DNA from: Enoplolaimus lenunculus
Lineage: Eukaryota
Direction of reading: 5' to 3'
Length of the DNA stretch: 64,000 bases
Assembly: GCA_030248215.1 (NCBI GenBank)
Contig: JASANG010001107.1
Location: forward strand, 620,001 to 684,000
Shown here: positions 1 through 10,849 of the stretch, in pieces
Layout: every line of letters begins with the position of its first letter
Numbering within the stretch: position 1 is the stretch's first letter
Program-made: the position numbers and the translations under genes
Notes under the pieces: model-generated
What the model was told of the DNA's origin: nothing
Databases searched by the model: none
Seen by the model: only the letters and a program-made list of their open reading frames with translations

Positions 1-609
1 ATGCTGAAAATAGAGGCAAATATAGGCAGCGCTATTTTTGTTCTAAAAACATACCCAAGTCCTCAAATACGGGAAGATAATGATTGCGGGCTTTACTCTC
101 TGGCCCAAATATTGGGCTGTGTTCCTCAGACTTTGAAAATTTTTGCATCTTTGAGCTGCTCATGACATTCCCTATTCATTATACATTAAGATTTGAATTT
201 TCAAAAAATCTATTTTTTCGGTCCAACATCTCAAGTCCTGGGACCAAAAATTTTAAATCAAAAATTTAGGTAATGTATATACGTAAATAAATAAATATAT
301 TATATATATCATTTGGCACAGTTTACGGACCTGAATCGCAAGATCTTAAATTTTTGCAATCAGTAGAACGGTTCAATAGTTATAACCGAAAACTGTATTG
401 AGGCATCCATGCCGAATAATTGACAGCGCGCCAAATCAGTTTTTGTGTGCCGCACCTACCATCATCAATTGATAATTGGGTTTTAAACTAACAAACGTCT
501 GCAGTTTCAGATAAAAAAATTGTAAGGTAATCGGGAGAGTCAAATGCTGGAAATGAGTTAATTTATGAAATTCACCATACCCTGGTTCGGAAGTTAGAAG
601 ACATCTCAC

Positions 610-1012
610 CAGGGTGCAAACGGGTAGTAAAAATAACGGAAACGGATAGTGATCAAAATAACGGAAATGAAACCGGAAACGGAAAACGGATATTGAAGTA
701 TAAAAGTTTCAAAGATGTTTTATCTTTATGCCACCACAATTGAGTTATGCAAATATTCATTCTACTTTGTAAAATGTTAAAGAAAAAATAGCGGATGCAA
801 CGAAAATTTTAAGATTTTGGATGAATTTCGTAATTTATATTTTATTCCGTGCAATCTCAAAATCGCTCTAATGATAAATTGCGAGATATATGATTGATTT
901 ACAATTAACTTTTGAGCCTAAAAACAACAGAATTTGTGGTATTTCTATAACGGAACCGTACACCGATTTTTAACGGAAACGGAAACGAAAACGAATATCC
1001 GGTTACACCCTG
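610..1012 (+). mobile_element. Non-autonomous hAT-like DNA transposon (MITE family A)
   Basis: TIRs CAGGGTGCAAAC...GTTACACCCTG; 8-bp TSD CATCTCAC (602-609) / CATATCAC (1013-1020); many subterminal AAACGG repeats; further copies at 20854-21263 and 52132-52768. Confidence 0.8.
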
Positions 1013-1305
1013 CATATCACCAACTGGCGGTATAATGAAACGTTTCGAAAGACAAGTAATTTGGCATTATCTGCCCTTGTTTGATATGGCTTCAAAGTTG
1101 TATTTTTCTGCACATTATTAAGAGGTTTCGGATATTAAGCTTTTTATGTATGCTTCAGTCACGTGCGGTAATATGAGAGTGAGTGGGATACCATAAGCGA
1201 ACGTTGCAAAAATTGGAGAGCGCTATTTGCCATACGACTCCATATTAATTTCAACAATTTTAATTGCATTTACTAGTGCAAATTCTATGTTTATTAGCAG
1301 CTATT

Positions 1306-1702
1306 CCGGGTGCAACCGGAAAAGAATAATACCGGAGTCGGAGTCGGAACCGTAACCTGAGGTCAACAAAATTTGCCGGAGCCGCAGCCAGAGCCGGAGC
1401 TAAAACCGGAGATGAAGCGAAATTAGGTAGTGAAAACGATGTTTAATTTGTTGATTTTAGCAAATATCTGTAACCTGTTGCTTAATCGTTTAGTTATACG
1501 GTTACTTTTTGCGAAATATCCGCAATTCTATCCTCAAAATTGTGCCAAAGCTTGAAACGAAACGCGCCAAACTGTTAAATCTTGTAAAACTATGCAAAAT
1601 TTCACTACCGAAATTGCCAGAACCTCTGGCAAATCTCTGCCGGAGCCGTACAAACCGGAGGTTTTTTGCCGTGGCCGGAGGCCGAGCTCCGGTTGTACCC
1701 TG
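1306..1702 (+). mobile_element. Non-autonomous hAT-like DNA transposon (MITE family B, CCGGAG subterminal repeats)
   Basis: Ends CCGGGTGCAACCGGA...TCCGGTTGTACCCTG; subterminal CCGGAG/GCCGGA repeats; related fragments near 33900-33991, 46612-46720 and 51320-51560. Confidence 0.7.
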
Positions 1703-1920
1703 AGCCATATACATATACTTTGGTTGGGAAGCCGGCTTATACAAGAGGAAGTGACAGCGGGAAATAGCATTTCCAAAAATTTTGTGAAGAGATAAAAAAA
1801 GCACTTTCATAGGCTTCAGTAGAGCTTTCTGACCGGATCTTAAAGTCCAGCCACTATGCTCGCTGTCTATCGTTGCTTGCAAAAAACCCTTTCAACTAAA
1901 ATTCTCGACTCTCAAATTAA

Positions 1921-2166
1921 CCCCTTCTCACCTTGAGTTGCCTATAGGCAACTCAGCGCACTGTATATACGGTAAATAATATCACTGTGTTTAACAATTG
2001 CAACACGTATACATACCACAAGACGTGAGAGCCCCCTCGTGCTCGAGCGTCAAGCTCCTAGAGCTTAGTGATGATGGTATACGCCTCCCACTCCAGTCAC
2101 TGGAGTTCGAATCCTAGCATAAAAGTAGGTCTCAGGGGAAATTGAAAATATACGTGTGAGAAAGGG
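1921..2166 (+). mobile_element. piggyBac-type non-autonomous element carrying a tRNA-like cassette (copy 1)
   Basis: TTAA on both sides (1917-1920, 2167-2170); TIRs CCCCTTCTCAC...GTGAGAAAGGG; homologous copies at 10587-10849, 14273-14515 and 37464-37726. Confidence 0.8.
2054..2118 (+). pseudogene. tRNA-Gly-derived pseudo-tRNA / Pol III type-2 promoter inside the MITE
   Basis: A-box-like GAGCTTAGTG (TAGCTGAGTGG in copy 2), CGCCTCCCAC resembling a Gly anticodon arm, B box GAGTTCGAATCC; acceptor and anticodon stems do not close properly. Confidence 0.55.
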
Positions 2167-2459
2167 TTAAAATTCTGGCAACACGGTCGATTTGGGAACA
2201 TTATGCATATTTACCTTTATGCGTAACCAAAAGCAAGCATGCAAAATAAATGCAGTGTTAATCTGCAGTTACAAGCCATATTTATTCATGTCACAGCCTG
2301 CGCACTTGTAGCTTCAGAATTTTTGCGTCGCTTTTTCAACGATTTAGAAGGAAAGGTAAAATTTGAAAAACAGCCCTTGCTATGACAATAATTCATATCG
2401 AACAGTTACAAAATGTATAGCTACTTTTTTCCAATGTAACGACTAAACACGTTACTGTC

Positions 2460-2680
2460 TAGTGTCTAGCGGTCATGACTATTTGTCGCCGGACAACTCA
2501 TCAAATGACAACTGGTAATCTGAATTTTGTCGACTCGACATTTTACCGTCCATCATCAGGCATAGGCTTAAAAAGAAAATATTATGCTGAACATTATCAG
2601 TTGGAGTTGACTAAGGCTTAAGATGTTGTCTGGCGACAAGCTGTCTAGTGTCAAATTGTGGAGGACTTTTGTCTACCACC
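2460..2680. repeat. Dispersed repeat with TTGTCG/CGACAA motifs and a degenerate telomere-like core
   Basis: Similar TTGTCG...CGACAA blocks with CCTAA-rich centres at about 8335-8525 and 35220-35380; boundaries approximate. Confidence 0.45.
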
Positions 2681-3338
2681 GAAAAACAAACGATAAACAA
2701 TAAGGTTACTCGAGGGCCTCGCGGTGAATACTAATGAACCTTTATGAGCCGTTTTAAAAATGTTATTTCAAGCAACTTTTCCACTGAGCGAAACATCGCA
2801 ATCAAGTCAAAAAGGTGGAATGTATCACGGGCTTTTGAGGATGTAGGTCGGAACTAACGATTGCCTGCGATTATTCTTTAGGTGGCTGGTATTTAAATGG
2901 CTAATCTGCGAAAACATGCCAGTCAATACACAAACCAAGATACGAAACTTACGTATTACCACCTAGTGTTTAGTTGAAGACACAATTAAGGATTTAGAAC
3001 CTGAATTAAGCAGAAACAATCGTTTGAACCTACATATATGTGCAAAAACCTTAGGGCTACGATTTTGCTCGGGTCGTATTTCACTCATTGCTGACAAAAC
3101 TGACAATTGTCGACAAAAACTTGCATTGTTTCTTTTTCAAACAGATATTTTTAGACATCTTAATTTCTGTTTCTAACACCGAAACAGCAATTGTTAAGCA
3201 GTTATTTGAAGGCTTGTTTTTAGCTTCTCGCTCGTTTCTCGCGTGAGTTTTTTATTTTATATTTCACGGCACCACTATTAATACAATTTTCTGAAAACAC
3301 CACTGACAAATCTGTTACTACCGTCCCTTCGGTATAAT

Positions 3339-3473
3339 GGGACACTGATTATATATACTCAAACAGAAAATGATACTCATCATAAAGAAAGTATGAAACG
3401 CTAAAAGATAGTGTTTCATACTTTCTTTATGATGAGTATCATTTTCTGATTGAGTATATATAATCGGTGTCCC
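3339..3473. repeat. Near-perfect inverted repeat (65-bp arms, 5-nt loop)
   Basis: 3339-3403 is the reverse complement of 3409-3473 at 62 of 65 positions; loop AAAGA. Confidence 0.95.
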
Positions 3474-3974
3474 TAGCAAAATTCATTGTTTGGAATGGTT
3501 GCTTAAACTGCACCACATTTCGAACGACAGTTTTCGTAATTGATAAACGTTGATGCGATTAAGTAGTTTGACTTTAGCACCAATTTCGCTGGCCTAACCG
3601 CACAGTTTCAGCTATTTATCACGTTTCATGCGTAAATCATACAGATTTTGCAGTTGATTCACAACATTCTTTGATCATAATAAATAAGGGTAAATAGCCT
3701 TTTTCGTACTAAAGATCGGAATGCATTTTGAAATCAATCTATTTCTTATGCTGCTTTTAAGTTCACACAAAGTGTGTTATGCTGTTTGTACTTGGTCGTC
3801 ATATAAAATATTAATGTTCGTGCTTAGAAATCTGATTCACGCATAAATTTCATTTCACAACCAAAGTGTCGAGATAAAAAGTGGAAAACGTAACAAATGC
3901 GGTTAGAATATTTGAAACTACGCTTTTAGTCAAAGGTGCCACAAGGGGGTTTAGCATTGCAAATGCTAGTTATT

Positions 3975-4126
3975 AGAGCCCGTACACAAGGATGGTGGAT
4001 CAGGAGAGGCTCCGCCCTTGTTAAAAAAATTGGGGTCAACCTTGATTGCAAGTGAACGAAAACCCATATATGCCCCTCCTGAAATTTTTTAGTCCATCCC
4101 TAGTAAGGTGAGTTGGCTACGGGCAT
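3975..4126 (+). mobile_element. Short MITE, family C (GGCCCGTAGCC...GGCTACGGGCC termini)
   Basis: About 150 bp with inverted ends and conserved AACCTTGCTTGTAAGT / AAGGTGAGCTGGCTACGGGC blocks; copies at about 14792-14954, 23138-23301, 34439-34601, 40945-41090, 44146-44260, 49870-50029 and 58860-58960. Confidence 0.7.
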
Positions 4127-5282
4127 GTATCTTATTCTCTGAATCCGCCATTGGCTAACTTTTAAAAACGGTTCTACCACAATTTGGTTGGTGACTGGTT
4201 GGCAGACTCAATTCTGTTTCATTGAGCTGGGAATTAGCTTAGATTAGAAAGAAGTATAGATTTAGGATAATTAACATAACCGTTTTAAGTCATAACCTAT
4301 AACCTTTATACCGCATGTAGTTGGGTAAACAAGGTTAACAGTGGTCGTAGTGCTGGACAATTGCTGCCGATAATTGCGACTAAGCTGTTTCCTCCCATTC
4401 GTCCAATAGCTCGTTCGGCCATCAATAATTTGTTACATTTCTTTAGTGTTTGCAGGAGGTATACGCAAAAGTAAACCAGCGAGCAAAACATTTTTGACCT
4501 GTATAGACCAGCAAGCTGTTCAAGAACGTATAACTGCTCATTTTACACGTTTTTTTTAAAATTTCTGGAACACATGTATCGTTCATTCAAAAAAATTTAA
4601 TTTATGTCAAATCAAAATTGACTATTGTCCGAATGACCTGTGCGTCGACCAGTACGCGGCCACAGCAGCTGTAAAACTGATTATTTCACAGGCGGTAACC
4701 ATTGCCAATGTATTTCAAGTTTCGCAGTACTTATTAAACCGAATCATACAGGAGCATATTTCGTGCGAAAGCGTTACACGCGCTGAATGGATACTTAAAA
4801 TAATCAATGAAGAAAGCGCGCCTGTTGACAGTAGTGGTCTAGAGGGGCACTGTAGTAGCGTACGTTTCCCGTCAAAAAATTTTTTGTGATAAAATGGTAA
4901 GGTTCTTACCTTACAAGTTGTTTCGTTTCAGCAAATTGGCACATGTATAGCATACAGTATTGACTGGAAAAAAGAGGGTTTCTCTGTTTTTTATCATAAA
5001 AAACAGAGAAAAAGAAAAATTGAAAAACATGTACTTGTGTTTCAACAAACGCAAACATATTAATGGCTGCTAAATTTGGTGCCAAAACGCCGCTGAAAGA
5101 ATCACATAACTATTTTTACTAAGTATATATTAAGATTTATAACGCATGATGAATAAGGGAACACGGTACCAAAGTTTAAAGAATAGTTGGCATGTGTCAG
5201 CTAGCTAGCCACAAACTTTTGGGTCTGAATTCGGCACAAGATCGGCTACCAGGGTTTGTAGTTTTACTGTTGCATGAATTTG

Positions 5283-6620
5283 TTTTTATTTATTTATGTT
5301 AAGTTCAGTACACCAGTATAAAATTAAAATAAAGAAAAAACAAAGAATTATAATGAAAAAAAAACAAATAACGTGCAATGGTGACTATAAGGCAATGGAT
5401 GGGCCATAGATAGGCCGCTAACACCACCCGTTAAGAAATTTGTTCAAATCGACCGAATAGAGACGCTTTTTAAACATAGCCACGCTCGAAGAATTATCTT
5501 CGGAATGCGGTAGCGAGCTCCAAGGCTGCACAATTCTCTTTGAGAAAAAATATTTAAAAGTATCAAGACGCGTTGACATTTCAAAAAACTAAAGACATTT
5601 TCGCGTCGTAGGGGCAAAACGTTTGATATCACAAAATTCACCTTACTTTCTAAATCATTTATAAAGGACAAAACAAGCACTGGGTCCAAGAACGCCTCCT
5701 TGAAAAACACCAGATAGAACAGATGTGACTTCTGAATTCAAGTCGTCTATGACAACAAACAGTTTGCGATTTATGCAGATAACTTCTAAACCAATGTAGA
5801 AGGTTCCCGTGAACCCCAATATTATTAAGTTTTTGTAAAAGTTTATGGTGAGAAACTCTATCAAACGCCTTACATACCTCAAAATAGAAAACATCAACAA
5901 ATTTTCCACCATCTGCTTTATTGACCAACTGTTCAGGCAAGTCAGAAGGTTTGTTAGAGTCGGACGACCACTTAGAAAACCAAACTGATTTTCAGATAAT
6001 TTTTTGAAGGAAATGCTCAGAAATTAGAGCTTTTTTACGACTGTTTTAAAAACCAATCTTAACGATGGTAACAAGGCCACTGGTCTATAATTACCAACTT
6101 CAGATTTTGAGTAGTTTTTATGTAAAAAAATTATTTTAGAAATTTTCATATTTTTTGGGACATAAACTTGCGTCCAATGACTTTACAAGCAGTAAATAAA
6201 TTGGTACTGCAACCGCGTGGAAAAGTTTTTGAAGCAAAATTTGTGGAATATTATCAGTTCCGAACCTGTACTTTTGTTTTAAACTTAAAAGAAGTTTCAC
6301 GGCAGCTTCACAATCCACAGTGACGTTATTAACTTCAACAACATTCTCACGGTGATATAAGTGTAAAGCAATCCCATTATCGACAATAAACATCGAAGTA
6401 AAAAATTGATTGAAAAGATTACCCTATCCTTGTTATTTAATGTATATTATTCGTCTTTTATAGATTTAATACACGGAATGGAATATTTTACTATAAACTT
6501 AGATCGCACGAAACTACAAAAGGTTTTCGACTTTAATTTTTTCTATTTCTGATTTTCAAGCTTTATCAGATCCAGCCGTTTACTTTGCCTTGCTTCATTT
6601 GCAACATTTTTTCCATTTTT
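5283..6620 (-). mobile_element. Decayed CR1-like LINE (frameshifted ORF2 reverse transcriptase fragment plus 3' tail)
   Basis: Minus-strand frames give GTDNIPQILLQKL, NYRPVALL, QFGFLSGRPTLTNLL, KAFDRVSHHKLLQKLNNIGVHGNLLHWFRSYL, SGVFQGGVLGP and FINDL, typical CR1-clade RT motifs, broken by frameshifts and stops; AATA-rich 3' end near 5283-5295. Confidence 0.85.
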
Positions 6621-7719
6621 CAAAATTTTGCAACCTTAGATTAATAAGAACTTGTTATATAACAAAACAGTAAACACAATTTGCCAGCTATGTAAATTTC
6701 GTCACTAGTGTTAAGTAAAATGTGTTTTAATCCGAAGTTTAGTCCAAATTTTTCGTGTTTACATAGCTGAAAATGTTGGATCTAGCAAAAAGAACAAAAC
6801 TTAGACACAAATTTAATGCAGCAATCATTTTGGTCAAAAAAGTACAATTCATTAGCAAAAAAATGTGATCAAAATTAGGCCTCAATTAAGTAACAGAAAC
6901 TACATTTGCTTTCAACTCAGTTTTAGCAGCGCTACAGTGGTCACAAGCAGCAAAATCATCTGGTATATCCCATAAAACAGGTATTACAAAATGTAGTAAA
7001 TCAGCGCCCCTGCCACTAAGGCGAAACTTCCGGATAGAAAAGGTTACAAAAATCAGTTTATTACAGTTTTGAGCGATGTTTTGTTGCAGTCACGAGAGTT
7101 ATTTTTTAAAATTTATTTGTATAAAAAGGATTTTTTTCTGTTTTTCCACCATCTCGAAAAACGAAAGAAAACCGGAAAAACTTATTTTTTGTTGGTTTTG
7201 TCAGGCACCCAACCCTAGTGAAAATAATACAAGTACGGTTCGTCAACTGTATTTCAACTGTGGACTGACCACTTTTCTATCCAACATATATTAATGGATA
7301 GAGAAAGAATTAACGGGTGCATGAGAAACCTTTGCAATCTTTATGAGCTGGAGGTCAACATTTTAATTGAGAAGAGCTAAAGCCACTGTGATATCTTGGA
7401 TACGGGCGGTTTACCAATGTTCCAGTATCGCACAGGCCTTGCCCACACACTGGGTTTATTAAAACCAGAACTTTGAATTAAAGTAGTAAAATTGCGTTTG
7501 GGATCTCGCTAACTGTGCGTTCGCGAGTTTTTTTCACTGTTATATGTGGCTTGAGGCCGCGTCAGAAACCTAAGGATCACTCACAGCTTATTACTTTTAA
7601 CGAACCAAATTTCAATCTCGTCGGTCTTTCTTCCCCTGAACTATGTCGTCAGCAGCATTAAAGTCGACGACATGGGGCTGTTTAGTCCAGGACAGGCCCG
7701 CAGCCAGCTCACCGCAGGG

Positions 7720-7930
7720 AAAAAACAAACAAAAAAAAAGAGGCCCGGGGCCCCCCCCCCCCCCCCGCGCCACACCCGCCCCCCCCCAACAAAAAACACG
7801 CGCAAAAAAAAAAAACCACCCACAAACCAAAACACCAACCACAAAAACAAACAACCAAAAAACACCAACAAAAACACCACTCCCCCACCAACACACCACA
7901 ACCCCCCACCACCACCAACCACCAACAACA
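7720..7930. repeat. A/C-rich low-complexity tract, probable base-calling or assembly artefact
   Basis: About 210 bp almost devoid of T, with homopolymer runs and no periodicity; starts abruptly inside a family C MITE end (7694-7719). Confidence 0.7.
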
Positions 7931-10586
7931 TTGTGCTAAATTGCGAAGCTCACCGATTACCGATAAATAGTTGTAAAGCTTTGAAACCTGTTGCCTGCTA
8001 GTGATATATACATGCTATAGCTATTTGAGACTACTGGCAATAGTTTGAAACAGGATGACTTTAGCTATTCCAAAAACTATCTAATCTGCTTAGAAACGTT
8101 TTTTCAAAAATTTAGAAAATTTCCACGCCCCAGAAATGAAATTGGGGCATGGAGCATCGTTGGCTTCGTGGGGATGGATCAAATATTTGACGCCCGCCGT
8201 TTGCTAAATTCACTGTAAACCTGTAGTGAGTATATATTTGGCGGAGCGCAGTGTTATATTAGGGCTCCATGGGGGTTAGGAAAAATCGCTCGCGGAGCGG
8301 GATGTACGGCGTACAGCTCGCTCCACTTCCGTCTCTGTGTCGCCCGGCAACTTGTCGCCGAACATTGCCCTAGACCTTCGAGTAAGCGTAAGCATAAACC
8401 TAAACATAATCCTAATCCTAATACAAATAATAACGATCGTTTTCGACAAATGTTCGAATCGACGAAGATTCCGGATTACAAGTAATCGGTCGGCGAGTTG
8501 CCAGTCGTCGAATTGTCTTTATACCATTGTTCCCCTTTTGTTATTTATGTATAGATTACATAAAGCTAGAAAAAGACAAGCGTAATAGTCTACAGAATTG
8601 CTAAAACGTGCCACAAGCATAGCTTTCAGAAACTGCTTCCTGCTCCCACGCCTAGATTTAAATGTGCTGTTATTACGGGTAACAAATGCATTTATGAAAA
8701 CCTTTATGAAAAAAACTTTTCGTGGTTTTGACCTTAATCGGTGTCTCTAGCGTATATATATTATATATTATATATATGTGTGTATAAGGTATATGTTGTA
8801 ACTGTTACTTAATACTAAAATCTAAACAATCCAGTACAACAGGCATATTTTTGTGAGCACCCAAGTACCTGCCGTATGAATGAACTTTGCATAAAAACTG
8901 AACGTACTTTTGTACTGAAAATGATTTAATATCCATTATGACATCGACATACATCGAAGTATGGCTGAGTGACTGATTGTTTGAATAGGTCATTCCCACC
9001 ACTGCCAAACTTAAAATTTGATATTCAAATGGTTCGTTTGTCTAAAGCTAAAGCTGAAAATGTGTTTTCTGGTCAAATACGTGAAATTATGGCGAGATAC
9101 AACCCAAATTATAAAACTTCACGTCTTTAGCGTAATTGGTCAATCTTCGCTTATCGGAAAATTTACTAAAAACGCACTGTAAAATTGCACCAAAAATTCG
9201 GAAGAAAAAATATCATTGTTAACGGTGAAATTCTGGATCCGCCACTGGTGCTCGCTTAATGGCCAATGCAGAGATGGAATAGCTATTTGTTCAATGTTAC
9301 TGGCTTAAAGAAAAATCAAAAGCAATCGTCAGTTTGGTTGAATTTTTAGGGACTTAAAATGAACGGATTTTTCAGGTATGATGGTTCGAAAATTTTAATT
9401 TATACATTTAACGGCTATTTTACTACACCCGGTATCATCAACTAGTTCAGCAATTTGTTGAGGATATGTTAGCTTTTTTCCTACTTCAAAAATCTAACAT
9501 TAAAGTTCTATTTTTCGACTGTCAACAAAAACTTCAATCTATGAACTTACATCAGAACCATATACAGGTTTAATGTTCATAAAAAAATAACCAAGAGCAT
9601 ATGAGACGAGTTTTATAATTACGTCACATTTTATGGCAATTTTTTTGCAATTTAACAAATTTTTTACAATTAGCAATCGATTTTTTTCGGTTCAAGCAAT
9701 TTAAAATAGTGCATTTAGCCGTGCAATTCGGGGTTGTCTTCATAAAATTGATCTAACCTCATTAAAATATACAAATGTAAACATCGCCGTGAAACTCTTT
9801 TCAAATTTCAATTCTGTTCGTTTCGAAGCATTTAGCTTAGTATGATTATAAGTAAAAAAGGCGTTCAAAAAGTCTCCGGCGAATGACCTTTCAGGTATCA
9901 TATTAGTATACAGCCCCAACTGAAAATTTAGCGGTTAAAGTGCGGTTTTAGCAAAATCGAGTGGTAAAAAATATAAAATATCGCAGCAGTTTTAATTGGC
10001 ACACTGCGTACAATATTGGGTGGCTACAGGTCTAAATAAGAGTATTTTTCTTACATAACATAGTTCATGTGACAGATTGCATTAAATAAGCACATGCAAA
10101 TTAAACTTAATTGCGCATTTCTGTTGGAAGGGCACATATTATCAAACGCGAATGGAACCTATCATTAGTTAGCGATAAGTTTTCAAACAGACGAACATCT
10201 GCATTATTGCAGATCTCAAAATTGGTACAGAAGGGCAAATCAAACGCGAACAGTGTGCTGATGTGAGAAGAAACCTAAAACTTTCAACTCTTGTGAGAAA
10301 ATTTTGTAACGTGTACAAAACCAGGTATATTTATGTGTTTCCTTGTCTTCCGAAATTTCGGGTAAAATATATCCTTATTCCTTTTATTATATACGCCCCA
10401 TTTGGAGCGACAGTAATGGTAAAAGCACTTTTAAGATGAGAATTCACATTTACACAAGCAAGATAAAATTATGCGCCATGTATTTCATAACCTAGGCCGC
10501 GTTTAGCGTGGGCACAGTTATAAATTAAATATAGTAAACTGAAAATTTTTCGCTTAAAGATAGTAAACTGAAAATTTTTCGCTTAA

Positions 10587-10849
10587 CCCTTTCTCACATG
10601 AATATTTTCTATTTCCCCTGAGGCCTACTTTTATGCTAGGATTCGAACTCCAGTGACTGGAGTGGGAGGCGTATACCATCACCACTCAGCTATAGGAGTT
10701 TGACGCTCGAGCCCGAAAGGGCTCTCACGCCTTGTGGTGATTTAGTACTAGGTATACGTGTTGCAATTGTTAAACACGGTGCGATATATACTATTTAACG
10801 TATATACACTGCACTGAGTTGCCTACAGGTAACTCAATGTAAGAAGGGG
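10587..10849 (-). mobile_element. piggyBac-type non-autonomous element with tRNA-like cassette (copy 2)
   Basis: TTAA at 10583-10586 and 10850-10853; closely similar to 1921-2166 in reverse orientation; A box TAGCTGAGTGG and B box GAGTTCGAATCC on the minus strand. Confidence 0.8.

Noticed and set aside
1502..1882. Overlapping ORFs of 64-126 aa
   Set aside because: They lie mostly within MITE family B and show no protein motifs.
2054..2118. Functional tRNA gene
   Set aside because: The cloverleaf is incomplete (acceptor and anticodon stems do not pair) and the copies diverge freely.
7641..7675. Hairpin CTATGTCGTC...GACGACATGG with CTGACGA on the minus strand, as a hammerhead candidate
   Set aside because: No correctly placed GAAA and closing stems.
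7612..8001. Five low-complexity ORFs
   Set aside because: Products of the T-less tract, which lacks stop codons.
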